From: Adineta vaga | Lineage: Eukaryota > Animalia > Rotifera | Assembly: GCA_021613535.1 (NCBI GenBank) | Contig: CP075493.1 | Coordinates: forward strand, 1,426,001-1,490,000 | Direction: 5' to 3' | Length of the DNA stretch: 64,000 nucleotides | Part shown: positions 12,501 through 24,733 of the stretch, in pieces | Position numbering within the stretch: the stretch's first letter is position 1 | How the letters are laid out: each line of letters starts with the position of its first letter | The notes under the pieces: generated by a model | Database searches by the model: none | Seen by the model: the letters and a program-made list of their open reading frames with translations, nothing else | What the model was told of the DNA's origin: nothing | Made by a program: the position numbers and the translations under genes

Positions 12501-15500
12501 CCACATTGCATAGAGCACAGCCATTACATTCAATCGAACTCCAATGACAATCACTGTTGTTATATAACATATCTAATATCACGAAAACAAAACATCATAT
12601 TCGATAGTTTCAATAGTTTCGTTTTACCTCCAAACCAAATCGATAGAAAATAAAATTGGCTAAATATTTCAAGAAATTTTCTACACCTTGATCAGCTTGT
12701 TGATAATTAACAATATCATATTCATATGTATCATCATGCGCATCTTTCAATGCAAATGGTTCGAATAGAATCGGAAAACGATTTTCTATCAAATGAACAT
12801 GAAAATGAACCGATAAGGATAAACATCGATGTCGCTGACGATATCGTGCAATGGCATCGAATGTTAAAGCAATAGTTATTAAAATATACCACTAAAAATA
12901 AAAAATAACGTCAATTTTTTTCGAACAAAATTCATCATTGTTTTTCTTACCCCAAGAAATCGATCGAGATTTGGTGTTAATTCAAGACCAAACCATTTTG
13001 CTGTATCATTGGGAATTGAAGTTATATTTGGATCAATCTAAATGAAAAAAAATATATATACTGAATAGAAACGTATTGAGGAAATTCTTCGACTTACATT
13101 AGAACAATTTCGAACGAAAAAATTCTTTTCAACTATATATTGTTTTGCTATTGCTAATTGATAACACATCGACGAGAGAATATAAATACCTGTAGCAATC
13201 AATGTTAATAAATTAACCATTTTTCGTAGACGAAATACTGTTAAACCAATTGTTGCAAGAACCATTAACGAAACATTGAATGCATTAATCTATTTTACAA
13301 AAGAAAACTTTTTTAATCATTACGTTTAGAAAATGTTACTTGAAGAACAGATGTAAGAACCATGAGAAAGAGAACTAATTTATAAGCATGTATTTCAGCG
13401 AAACGCCATGTATAATAAGTCATTTGTTTGTAAAGACGATTAGCTCGAAAATATAATTTATATAATGATTCTTGCCATGTTGAGGGTACACTTCTTAGTA
13501 CATGTTGAGTATGTGAACTATTTGGATGATCAGTATTTTCTAAAAAGATTGAAAAACAAAATGATAAAGAAATACATGAATCAATAGTTGTTTTACCTCG
13601 AGCATAAGCATGAATATCGGCTAATGTACCAGTTGCTGGACCTTCGATATCTTTATCACTAAAAAAAAACAATAACAAATGATATTTTTCATTGATTAAA
13701 CTCAATCTATCGAAATTACTTTGGCATTGTAATTAATTTCATCCATCCCTTATGAAAGTAATGTAATTGTAGTATATTAACTACTAAAAATGTACTTGGT
13801 GTTAATAATTTTAAAGCTAAAACATCTGATTGAACGACTTCAAGTCCAATTGATGCAAGTCTAAAAAGTAAAACAGTCAATAAAATAAGATTCTATTTGT
13901 TCAAGCGATAATTTCAACATACAATTCTTTACTAAGTTGTCGAGTTAAGAATACATTGACTTTTTCGAACTAGAATAATAAAAGGATAAAGAATGAAATT
14001 TGACGAAACAATTCTTAATGATTATACTTGATAAATATAAATACCAATTAAGATTACCATGGAATAAATAATAATAGTTAAATGAAATGTAGCCACTGTT
14101 TTTCTCCAAAATCCAAATGAAATCTAATCGAAAAAATATTGCTTTTATCTTCTTCTTATGGAAGAATAGTCTTCTTACTTGAAAAGTGAAAATAAAAAAC
14201 AAATAAAATGCCATGTATATGATTCGATAAATGACGACTGTGTTTTGAATACTAACAAGTAAAAGCATGCCACATGAAACGAATATCCAATATTTTGTTA
14301 GGAAATTAATCAACCATCGTCCTAAAAATCAATCGAATAAAGAAAGGTTTTCTTTGTAAACAATTAGTTTTACCTATTCGTCGAGGATATGATTCAGTTG
14401 GTGGAGTTGTACTAGGTCGACGAGCTACGAAATTAGAGAGTAGAAAACAAAGATATAGGAATCATTTTCATAAGCAAATCATTAGAGACGAGAACCGATC
14501 GCATTACACACAGGCAGAACATATTCTTCCCTCATCTTACTTAATTCTATCACTATAAAAAGGAAAGATTTTATCGATGTTTTTCGTTGTAAACTAATTC
14601 TTCCAATTAATCTATAAAAACAAACCTTCATTTATTTGAACATTAGTCAGTCGCTTTTCATTGATATATTGTCGTAATGTTAACCAAAACAACATCATAT
14701 AAAATGACTAAAACAAACATTGAAATTTATACGAATGTTTCATAATCGATCTTTTTTTCTTCTTCTTCTTACTTTTAAGAGTAATGGCATGAATGCTGGT
14801 TGAAAATCTCTCATACGAATACCAATTTGTTCCATTGTTCGACGATCATATGCAAAATGTAATTGATTAAAACTAACTTTAAATCCAATTAAATATTGTA
14901 GAATTAATAATATTGCTCCGTAGATTGTAAAGAATGGACTCATTCTCAAACACCATTGACGAGAATTTGGTAATACCCAGAGTAAACATGCCCAGAGAAG
15001 ATAGACTAGTGTTAATATACTATGAAAGGTGATACTCCATGCCTATGTCGGAATAGATAATTTAATACAATTATTGTTTTTCAAAAAAAACATGATTTCT
15101 TTCTTACCAACATAGCAATCAATGAAAGTAGATAACTATGTCTTTCAAGAACACGAATGACTGAAAATACAACGAAAATAATTCGTCCTTGCCAAGTTTG
15201 ATCACCAGGTTGTTCTAAACTCCATCGTCGATGTAATGAAGGTGGACTTTGCTCAAATGTATCACGACTATCCGGATTGTGTACTAAACTCTATAATTTA
15301 AAAAAAACACACAAACCATGTTATGATCAAATATTATCAGATATGAAATAACTAAAGCCCAGAATCATGTGAATAAGTCAACAATAGATGAAACACACAA
15401 GCAAAATGTTCGTCTAATATTTGATTAAACTATGGTCGACATATAAGCATTCACACGATTTCAAATGATAGCATGAATATGGAAGAAAATTAAAAACAAG

Positions 15501-17758
15501 CAAACCTGTTTATCAATACTGCGACGAGGGTTTATCTGTTTAACAGGTGATACACACAGAAAAAGGTGAAAATGGACTGATCACACGAAAAAAAATGTAA
15601 CAAAATCTTTCTGCTTACCTGTTGTTCAAGTGAATGAATTGTTAAAACATTCGAACGAACCTTTTATTTATGAATAGATAAAGTAAAGATTAAAAATAAA
15701 ATCATATTTTAAATCAAACTTACTCGCCGAGAAAGTGTTCGATTTGTTTCAAAAGCAAAATAGAAATATAATAGAAGTAATGCACATGGATTAACATAAT
15801 CACTCCATACTAAATTTCTTTCAAAATATGGTTCACGATCCGTACAATTACTTTCTACAAGTGCTGTTAAACCAGTAATACTAATAAAAAGAAGATGATC
15901 ATTATTTAAACATATATATATATCTTAAATTTAATTCGTCTTACTTGCTCCATGTTGATAAAGGTGGTAAAACATCTTGAAAGAATCCAAATTGATAAAG
16001 ATAAAAGATCAATAAATGTGTGCCAGTATAAATCACTAATAACATTCGTGCTAATATATATTTCTTTCCGAATTTAACCGATAATGACCAAATAAAGGCA
16101 AGTTTAAGAAAGAAAAGAAAATAAATTGAATTGATAATACTTGGATTAACAAATGCTGCAAAGCCGACGATAACAAATTGAAGAAATAAACGTGTTCGTC
16201 TTAAGATAGATAATAATCTTGGCCATAATTTCTTTTGATCTTCTATACTAGTACTACTATTCGTTGAAGGTAATACAGTTGGTGAAACAGTTGATTCATT
16301 ATTTTCACGACGTCGTACGGATACAATCGAACGTCGAATTATAATCAAACAAACAGTTGAAGCAGCAAGAATAATTATATCGGGAAAGATTAAACGTAAG
16401 ATACGAGTTGCTGTAGAATTGTCAAGACTAGAAATAGATTATTTATAGAAAGAATTTCTATTATTCTTGTTGATTATACATACCGTTCTAGACCAAAATA
16501 TCGAAGTGTTCGAACTGTGTCCGTACCTGAAATGAATTTTATTCGATATTGAAGTCTTTTTTCTTGTTTTATCTAATGAAGATGATCATCTACTTACAAT
16601 TATCGAGTGTATGACCATAGGGTTTGTTAGCAAGAAGTATAGATTGGAATATAATTTGAGCAAAAACAGTTAATAAACTGACGATTGTAATAACCAAAAC
16701 AAATACACGAAATCGGGCTAAAATGAAATATAAATATCGATGTGTTTTTTTGAAATTTGATTTTACTTCGAATATTTCGTTCAGTTATAGGGCCAAGCCA
16801 TGGAAGTAGAAGTAATAGAAAAGCGTAGATAAATGATATAACACTATACCGAAAGATCGCCCCTATTTACACATAAACAAAATGAAATGAAACCATGATT
16901 TAAGAGAAATATGTTTACATACCACTGAGCAAAGCAAGAGGTAGAAAGATCAGAATAAGTGCAGACAAGAGCGATCGACCCATTGTGGTTAAAATCCTAG
17001 AAATGAAGATGAAAATGAAATTGAATTTCAATTGTTGTCGTATGCAAATCAAAACGAAAGAACAAACAAAATCAAAAAAAGGTTTGTTTTTATGCTTCAT
17101 GTACACATGAATATCTGACTGCATCAATGAAAGAGTCCATATGATGGTTTTCACCTTTTCATTATTTTTACGTACGATGTGATTCAAAAAGCATAAAAAT
17201 CCTCTAATCGTATATTTTTCTTCTCGAATAAATGTCAATCAAATTACCTTAACTGTATGAATATTTTCACATCGGCAATTTAATAACGTAACTAACATTA
17301 GTTGAATATTCTTTTTTTCCTATCTTTTCTCTATATATGTAAATATATATGTGAGGGATGCTATGTATGCTTACTGATATGGCACCACATTTTTTAAATA
17401 ACGGAAAAATGAAAAAAGAGTCAAAATCAAATTATTGAAATATTTAAATGAAGAAATAATAAGAAAAAATATTTGATAACAAGATAAAATAATAGTTAAT
17501 TTCTTTCAACACTCGTTTTTTTTCTCTCTCTTACTTCTCTGGAGAAGATAATATTACAGAATCATAAGTCCTTGGTACACGAGAAACTAATAGATTAGGT
17601 TTGGATAATAATGATGGATTTAATGTGAGAGAGTTCAATTGATTTGGTTTTAGTGGTATTGTATAGATACGAAGAGGATAATCTTGATCTAATACGTTGT
17701 TTGCTTCCGAGATATCGTTGATTGATATCAGATGTAGAAGTTGATGATTGGGATCCAT
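6568..17758 (-). CDS. Piezo: Piezo mechanosensitive cation channel, many short exons; core ATG at 16983, putative extended isoform ATG at 17758
   Basis: C-terminal pore module (…LLIEEQLFAKLLFLYRSPETLIQFTK), anchor region (KYGVGG…LIWFPLLFFS), SELLCYSAMIINH…PLSIFLWAMLS and FLLLQKRIFGSYY motifs, in exons joined by canonical GT-AG introns. Confidence 0.96.
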
Positions 17759-18549
17759 TATTACATTCCGTTGAATTATTAAAATATTTCATCATGTTAT
17801 GAATAGAATGATGTTCTTCGATTTCGAGTAAAAGATCGTTAAAATTCTCTTGAGATAATAATAATAATCGAATTGATAAAAAATACAAGAATAGAAATAG
17901 AAATATCGAACGACACAAGAAGAAAAAATAGACGGAGGAAAAAAAAATATTTTGATATGAGATATGTTATTTCTCTTGCTCCTGTCTGATTAATAAAATG
18001 GAGAATGCGAATCATCGATACAATTATATAGGCTAACTACAAACATATTCTCTTAGAAATTCATCGTTCTCGCTTTTTTCTTCTTCTTCTTTCTGTGATC
18101 TCATATGAATATAAAAATATACATTAAATAAAGATAAAACTGACATTTATGTCAATTGTACATTCTGATATTTATCTTACCGATCATAATGATGAACATT
18201 TATGTTGGAATGTCGAAACTTGCAAAATGAAATTATTGATGTAAAGGTATTTACAAAGAAAAGAATACAAAATATTGACTAATCTACAAAGACTAATAAT
18301 ATAATTTAATGTTATTCTTCTTCATTTCTTCTTATATGAAATAGATATTTTCATCGTCTTGTGTTTTTTTTTGTTTTTATTTATTTATTGAAGATAACAA
18401 GATGTTTTTTTTTCTCTCCTTTTCGGGATGTTACAAACAAAAACAAATTCAAATGAGAAAATCATGCAAAATTGATCTTCGTTTGAATGCATAATTTTGT
18501 CGTAATGAATTTTTGTTTTGATAAATAATTTTTATGAAAATTTTTTTTA

Positions 18550-19017
18550 TTATTGTTGTTGTTGTTGTTGTTGACGAGCAAGTTTATCTGCAACTTGTTT
18601 AGCAATCGTATCCATATTACGTCTTCCTACTTGAGTAAGAACACGACCACCTGATGCATGTTTTTCGATAAGTTTTGCCTTTTCAAGTGATTGTAAACAT
18701 TTACGTACAACACTACGTGAACCATGTTGAAAATGTGATGGACGTACACCTTTACGTTTTAAACCACCATAAATACGTGTAAATGCACCAACACCTGTTC
18801 GACGTAAATAAAGAAAACGTGCAATTGATGCACATCGGGTATAATACCAATCAGGATCAACTGGTGCCATTTGTTTATGAATACCTAATTTCACGATATC
18901 AACCCAAGTAGTAGATGGTAATTCGAGTTTGCCTGTTTTTTTAAGAAATTCAGCAAAAGCAGCTGTGAATTGTTGTTGATCAACATCTTTAACTGATCCA
19001 CGGTCGACTACTTCCAT
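18550..19017 (-). CDS. RPS19: 40S ribosomal protein S19 (eS19), intronless CDS, poly-Q tail
   Basis: [10 protein letters not shown]…[30 protein letters not shown]…GVRPSHF…GRVLT motifs. Confidence 0.98.
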   Translation of the reverse strand: MEVVDRGSVKDVDQQQFTAAFAEFLKKTGKLELPSTTWVDIVKLGIHKQMAPVDPDWYYTRCASIARFLYLRRTGVGAFTRIYGGLKRKGVRPSHFQHGSRSVVRKCLQSLEKAKLIEKHASGGRVLTQVGRRNMDTIAKQVADKLARQQQQQQQ

Positions 19018-19754
19018 TTTTTGAATTTATTCCTTTGTTTTTGATGGATCCTGTTTATAAGGCAAGAATCTAAACGAGAAAGAAAATCAAATATTCATCA
19101 GTTTCAGTTCCAATAACTATGTGAAATAAGAAATAAATAAATAAATAAATAAAACTTATTGAAATTCATCACCGAATGGTTCGTTTGTCTATTAAACATC
19201 GATCCATTCAAATACATCTATCCTCTTGAGAATCTTTGGATATAGATTTTACTTGAACCAATTTTAGAAAAAAATTAAAATATTCAAAAAAAAATTATTT
19301 TATTTCATTTAATTATTAAACTACATTATTCTCATGAAGTCTTCGAAAACTATATAGATGTCGCAAGTTGACTGATTCATGAAAATGAACTATTATATAT
19401 ATATGTTAATGAAAAGAAATGGAAAACAGAATTCAATCATTCCTTGAAAAATAAAAATGCAAGAATTTTCAACATTATGTGAAAAAATAGATACAGAAAT
19501 AGTCCATCCTAAGAATAAAGAAAAGATGAGCCAAAACGTTTTATCGAATAGATTTTATTATGATAGTTGCTAGTGAATATATCCCAATAATTTTAACATT
19601 ATTCTATTTGATAAAAACATCGAAATAATTTCATAAACCTATGACTAATTCTAACAATAAATTACGCAATAACATTTGTTGTTTTTGACAAGTATTAAAC
19701 GCCGAATGCTTCTATATATTTCTAACATATTACCATCGAAAGAACACGTGCGAA

Positions 19755-21269
19755 ATGTTATTAACGTTCGAAATATTACCTGACGAAATTCTAATGATTA
19801 TTTTCAAGTATTGTGGAGATGTTATTAATATATTTCGAACATTTCTTGGATTAAATCAACGTTTCAATCAAATTCTTCTTGATAAACGTTTACATCTATT
19901 AACTGATATTCTACATATTAATATTCGCCATGATTATTATTCTTCAGACGTATTCCAACAAGTTTCTCAACAATTATTATCTATTAATAAATCAATAGAT
20001 AATGAACAACTTTCACAAGTATTAAAACCATTAATTAGTTATCATATTCAACAAAAGTATATTGAATTCGGAGATGAATTAGAGTTATCTCGTATAAATT
20101 TTGAATGTCTTCGTCAACAACTAAGTGATGATGATGATGAAATTGTTCAACTAGATGAAGAATTGAAAACAAAATTTGATGATTTAAGAAGTACTTCAAT
20201 GACAAAAGAATGTATCAAACAAATAAAAACACTTGTTTTAACAAAAGGTGCTCGTTTAGAATTCGATAATTATGAATTAAGTGAATATAATTTCACTAAA
20301 GCTGTTAATCAACGATTAATAGCCTACATTACCAGTTCGAATTCTGAAAATTCAGAAATAATTAATTCATTTCTACAGTTATTTAAAACTTTAATCATTT
20401 CAAATCCTTCTCTATTAGAAAACAAAGATTATGTTGGCAATGGTGGACGTCATTTACAATATTTTCTTATACATGCTCTCTATCGATTACGAGATTTTTT
20501 TGATAGTAGTATTTCTTTGCCACCTGTAAATATGGAATATTATCAAGCGATAGTTGATCTATATCTTTTTACAATACAATCTTGGAAACATGTGTCTGAT
20601 AGGGTATATTATCTTGATGACAATATGTTTGATGTATTAGAAATGATTTCGGAAAAGAATTCAGATATATTTCTTCAAACTATACAATGGGAAATATTGA
20701 AAATCGTTATTGATGATTATTTTATGCAATCTTATGGAGCATGGGATGATCATTTTAAAACTAGATTTAAACAAATATTTAAACAATTGATTGAGAAGAA
20801 ACGATTAGATGTGATTAAATATATTTATTTTTATTTTCGATTTGAAGATTTCTTTAATGAATCAAAATATCTTCGAGAATGTGTCAATTTATTGACACGA
20901 AATCGATTAGAAAGACGATTTTTCGATGTGATTATGAATGATGTATCATTAGATTCATTATTTTCTAAAAAACATTTAATATTTGTTTTATTAGATAAAA
21001 AAGAACGAAAATTAGTAAAAAATTTATTAATATTATCACCTGATCTTATTCATGAATTAGATGAAGATGGAAATGATCCATTACTTTATATTTGTCTGAA
21101 AGTTTTTGGTTGTCGACATCGTATTATTGAATTTTTAATTAATATCGGATCTGATTTACAAAGAACAAATAACAACGGACAAAACTTTATGGATATATTA
21201 AAATTGCAAAGAAATAAGAAGTTATTGGAAACATTATTAGACCAAGAAATAATTCAAATTGATATATAA
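19755..21269 (+). CDS. Intronless F-box-like / C-terminal ankyrin-repeat protein, paralog 1
   Basis: N-terminal FEILPDEILMIIFKY (F-box-like); C-terminal ELDEDGNDPLLYIC…IIEFLINIGSDLQRTNNNGQN (ankyrin-like); 504-aa ORF. Confidence 0.75.
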   Translation: MLLTFEILPDEILMIIFKYCGDVINIFRTFLGLNQRFNQILLDKRLHLLTDILHINIRHDYYSSDVFQQVSQQLLSINKSIDNEQLSQVLKPLISYHIQQKYIEFGDELELSRINFECLRQQLSDDDDEIVQLDEELKTKFDDLRSTSMTKECIKQIKTLVLTKGARLEFDNYELSEYNFTKAVNQRLIAYITSSNSENSEIINSFLQLFKTLIISNPSLLENKDYVGNGGRHLQYFLIHALYRLRDFFDSSISLPPVNMEYYQAIVDLYLFTIQSWKHVSDRVYYLDDNMFDVLEMISEKNSDIFLQTIQWEILKIVIDDYFMQSYGAWDDHFKTRFKQIFKQLIEKKRLDVIKYIYFYFRFEDFFNESKYLRECVNLLTRNRLERRFFDVIMNDVSLDSLFSKKHLIFVLLDKKERKLVKNLLILSPDLIHELDEDGNDPLLYICLKVFGCRHRIIEFLINIGSDLQRTNNNGQNFMDILKLQRNKKLLETLLDQEIIQIDI

Positions 21270-21644
21270 TTGTAGATTCTATGCTTTTAATAATAAGAAA
21301 ATATTGATAAAATGATTTTGCAGATTTTTTTTTAAAATTAAATATAAAATGCTACATTTTGCTTGAGAGTGAGAGTCTTAGTTTGTTATCTAGATCTATG
21401 TAAGAATATACACTTTGACTACAATGATTCACAAATCCATAAGCACACTCTCTAACTTTCTAAAATGATTTCATGTGTATATTGATCCATCTGTATTTCA
21501 ATTCAATATGCGATACTATGAAGAAAGTGGTGACTAATAAAAACGATAGATTGCGAAATAACATTTGTTGTTTTATGACAGAAGAATAAATTGACGAATG
21601 TATATACTTTTATGACACATTACCATCGACAGAACATGTGCAAC

Positions 21645-23132
21645 ATGTTGTCGAGGTTGGAATTACTACCTGATGAGATTCTTATGATTATTTTCAAATA
21701 TTCTGGTGATATTATCAACATATTTCGAACATTTCTTGGTTTAAATCAACATTTCAATCAAATTCTTCTTGATAAACGTTTACATTTATTAACTGATATT
21801 CTACATATCAATATTCGCCATGATTATTATTCTTCAGACGTATTCCAACAAGTTTCTCAACAACTATTATCTGTAAATACATCTATTGATGAAAAAAATC
21901 TTTGTCAAATTTTACGACCATTATTTGCTTTTCATATTCAACAAAAATACATTCAATTTGGAGATGAATTTAAAGTTTCATTTGAAAAATTCCAATCTAT
22001 TCGTCAACAACATAATCATAATGAGTTAAATCAAATTGATCGTGAATTACAAGTAGAATTCGATAATTTAAAAACTTTACCAGTGACTAATGAACGTATT
22101 AATCGAATTGAATCACTTGTTTTAATCAAAGGTGCTCGTCTTCAATGTGACAATTCTGAACTAAGTAATTTTAATCTTTGTCAAGCAATTAATAATTTAT
22201 ATCTTAATTATATCCATGATGAATCAAAAGAACGTTCGTTATTGATTAATTTATATTTGAAATTATTCAAAATTTTACTTATTTCAAATCCTTTAAATTT
22301 AAAAAATAAAGATTATGTTGGCAATGGTGGTTGTGACATAATCTATTTTCTTATCTATACTGTTTATCGTCTAGAATATTTCTATCATGGACGACATTGT
22401 TCTTTACTATTAAATATGAAATTCTATCGAACTACAGTTGATCTATTTTTATTTGTAATTCAATGTCAAAAACAAACATTGACAGAAGCTGATCGTATTA
22501 AACGCATGATGTTCGATATGTTAGAAATGATTGAACAAATTCATACGGATATATTTATTCAGACTGCACAATGGGAAATTGTTAAAATAATTCTTGATGA
22601 ATATTTATATGAACCATGGAATGTTTATGATAAAAATATGATTAAAAATGGTTTAAAAAACTTGATAAAAAAACGTCGATTAGATATTCTCGGACATGTT
22701 TGTTCTTATCCTGAGTTTCAACAATTTCTCAATGAATCAGATAATATTCGAGACGTTGTTAATTTAATGACAACTAATCGATCAGGACGAGAATTTTTCG
22801 ATGAAATTCTGAATAATAAATCATTTGATTTTTTTCATTCAAGTAAATCATTATTATTTATTTTATTAGATAAAAAAGAACGTCAATTATTTGAACAATT
22901 GATTAAAGTCTCTCCAAAACTTCTATATGAATTAGATGAAGATGGAAATGATTGTTTACTTTATATTTGTTTGAAAGTATCTGGTTGTCGACATCGAATC
23001 ATTGAATATTTGATTGAGATGGGTTCGAATGTTCATAGAAAGAACAATAATGGACAAGATTTTATGAATGCATTGCAATTACAAAGAAATCAAAAACTAC
23101 TGAAACACCTAATTGAACATGAAATTATATAA
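21645..23132 (+). CDS. Intronless F-box-like / ankyrin protein, paralog 2 (ATG 21645 aligns with the paralog 1 start)
   Basis: Collinear with paralog 1 (LELLPDEILMIIFKY, NKDYVGNGG, ELDEDGND, GCRHRIIE). The upstream ~110 nt is also homologous. Confidence 0.75.
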   Translation: MLSRLELLPDEILMIIFKYSGDIINIFRTFLGLNQHFNQILLDKRLHLLTDILHINIRHDYYSSDVFQQVSQQLLSVNTSIDEKNLCQILRPLFAFHIQQKYIQFGDEFKVSFEKFQSIRQQHNHNELNQIDRELQVEFDNLKTLPVTNERINRIESLVLIKGARLQCDNSELSNFNLCQAINNLYLNYIHDESKERSLLINLYLKLFKILLISNPLNLKNKDYVGNGGCDIIYFLIYTVYRLEYFYHGRHCSLLLNMKFYRTTVDLFLFVIQCQKQTLTEADRIKRMMFDMLEMIEQIHTDIFIQTAQWEIVKIILDEYLYEPWNVYDKNMIKNGLKNLIKKRRLDILGHVCSYPEFQQFLNESDNIRDVVNLMTTNRSGREFFDEILNNKSFDFFHSSKSLLFILLDKKERQLFEQLIKVSPKLLYELDEDGNDCLLYICLKVSGCRHRIIEYLIEMGSNVHRKNNNGQDFMNALQLQRNQKLLKHLIEHEII

Positions 23133-23803
23133 ACAAGATATTCTTATAATGATAAAACAATACGTCATTTTTGTTAATAATAGCTTCTTTTATTTATCTA
23201 TTTCGTGTAAATACATGAAATACAATAAATGTTTATGAATGTCGATTGACATTATATTCTTTTTAATATTCGAATAAATCATATCTGATAAAATGAACAT
23301 TATCCTTTTATAATTAACTAAATCGCATCGTTTTCCATTTACTATATAGATGAATCTATATATTGACCTTTTCGTTTCTCGTTCGATGTATATATAACAT
23401 TCAAAAGTAAGTACTTTCACCTCATATTTGTTTTTCTAAATACTTTTGCCTTGTCATCACATTTCGATGTCATTGAATATACAGTCAAATCTATGGTCAT
23501 GAATTTGAGTTTATAAAAGTAGATAACTATTTTAGAAAAGAAAAACAACACATTTTTGTACAATTGGAAATGAAATTTAAATAACAAGGACCTCTATTCT
23601 CAGAAATTGGTATTGGTATAATTGTCTACCGTCGGATGATTCATCGAATACTGTTTTTATTTTATATTTTCTTTTTATGAATTTTACGTCTTATCAATCT
23701 GTTGTATGTATTTAAATTTATTCCCAGGGAATTCAGCTGTTACCATCTTATAAATATGTCTTTTTTTTAGTTTAGTTTTTATTTATATTTTAGATAAAAG
23801 AAT

Positions 23804-24733
23804 ATGGCGTTAGATACCACAAAGCTTTTGATTATTGGTGGAATTGGTGTTCTTTCAGTTGTGATTTTTTTTTTATTTAAAAAGAAGAATGAACCAGGAA
23901 ATACTGAACAAAGCAAACGAAAAAATGTGATTATATCATTGAAAAATCCGGATATTAAATATGCATTTGCATTGGCTCATAAAGAAAATATTTCACATGA
24001 TACACGTCTTTTTCGCTTTCAACTTCCATCAGCAAAACATGTACTTGGTTTACCTGTTGGTCAACATATCTATTTAACAGCTCATATTAATGGTGAACTT
24101 GTTAAACGTCCATATACTCCAACAACATCCGATGACAATCAAGGATATTTTGACCTTGTTATTAAAGTTTATCCAAATGGAAAAATGACACAATATCTTG
24201 ATAAACTTCCTCTTAATCAAACCATTGATGTTAGTGGTCCATCAGGCAATCTTATTTATAAAGATAATGGTATGTTTGATGTTCGTCCACGTAAACCAGA
24301 TCCATTTGTAACTCGACGCATTCATCGTCTTGGTTTAATCGCTGGTGGAACAGGTATAACACCAATGTATCAAATCTTGAATGAAATCTTGAAAGAACAA
24401 TCAGCTATTGTTCCTGGTCAACGTGTTGATATAAAAATTTGGCTTTTATATGCAAATCAAACTGAAGACGATATTTTATTACGTGAACAATTAGAACAAT
24501 TAGCTGCATCGAATTCTGATCGCTTTCGAATATGGTATACTCTTGATCGTCCAAATGATGAATGGAAATATGCGAAAGGTTTTATCAATGAAGAATTGTT
24601 AAAAGAACATATGCCACCACCAGGTGATGATGTTTTAATCTGCATTTGTGGTCCACCACCAATGATTAAGTTTGCATGTGTACCAAATTTAGAAAAATTA
24701 GGTTTTACAGAAAATATGAGATATACTTTCTAA
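23804..24733 (+). CDS. CYB5R: NADH-cytochrome b5 reductase, membrane-anchored, intronless
   Basis: HDTRLFRF, LGLPVGQHI, RPYTP, GKMTQYL, IAGGTGITPMYQ and CGPPPM motifs; N-terminal TM anchor. Confidence 0.96.
   Translation: MALDTTKLLIIGGIGVLSVVIFFLFKKKNEPGNTEQSKRKNVIISLKNPDIKYAFALAHKENISHDTRLFRFQLPSAKHVLGLPVGQHIYLTAHINGELVKRPYTPTTSDDNQGYFDLVIKVYPNGKMTQYLDKLPLNQTIDVSGPSGNLIYKDNGMFDVRPRKPDPFVTRRIHRLGLIAGGTGITPMYQILNEILKEQSAIVPGQRVDIKIWLLYANQTEDDILLREQLEQLAASNSDRFRIWYTLDRPNDEWKYAKGFINEELLKEHMPPPGDDVLICICGPPPMIKFACVPNLEKLGFTENMRYTF

Noticed and set aside
17595-17918. 107-aa ORF resembling a secreted peptide precursor
   Set aside because: Non-ATG start. The hydrophobic N-terminus derives from T-rich sequence, and it overlaps the better-supported Piezo upstream exon in another frame.
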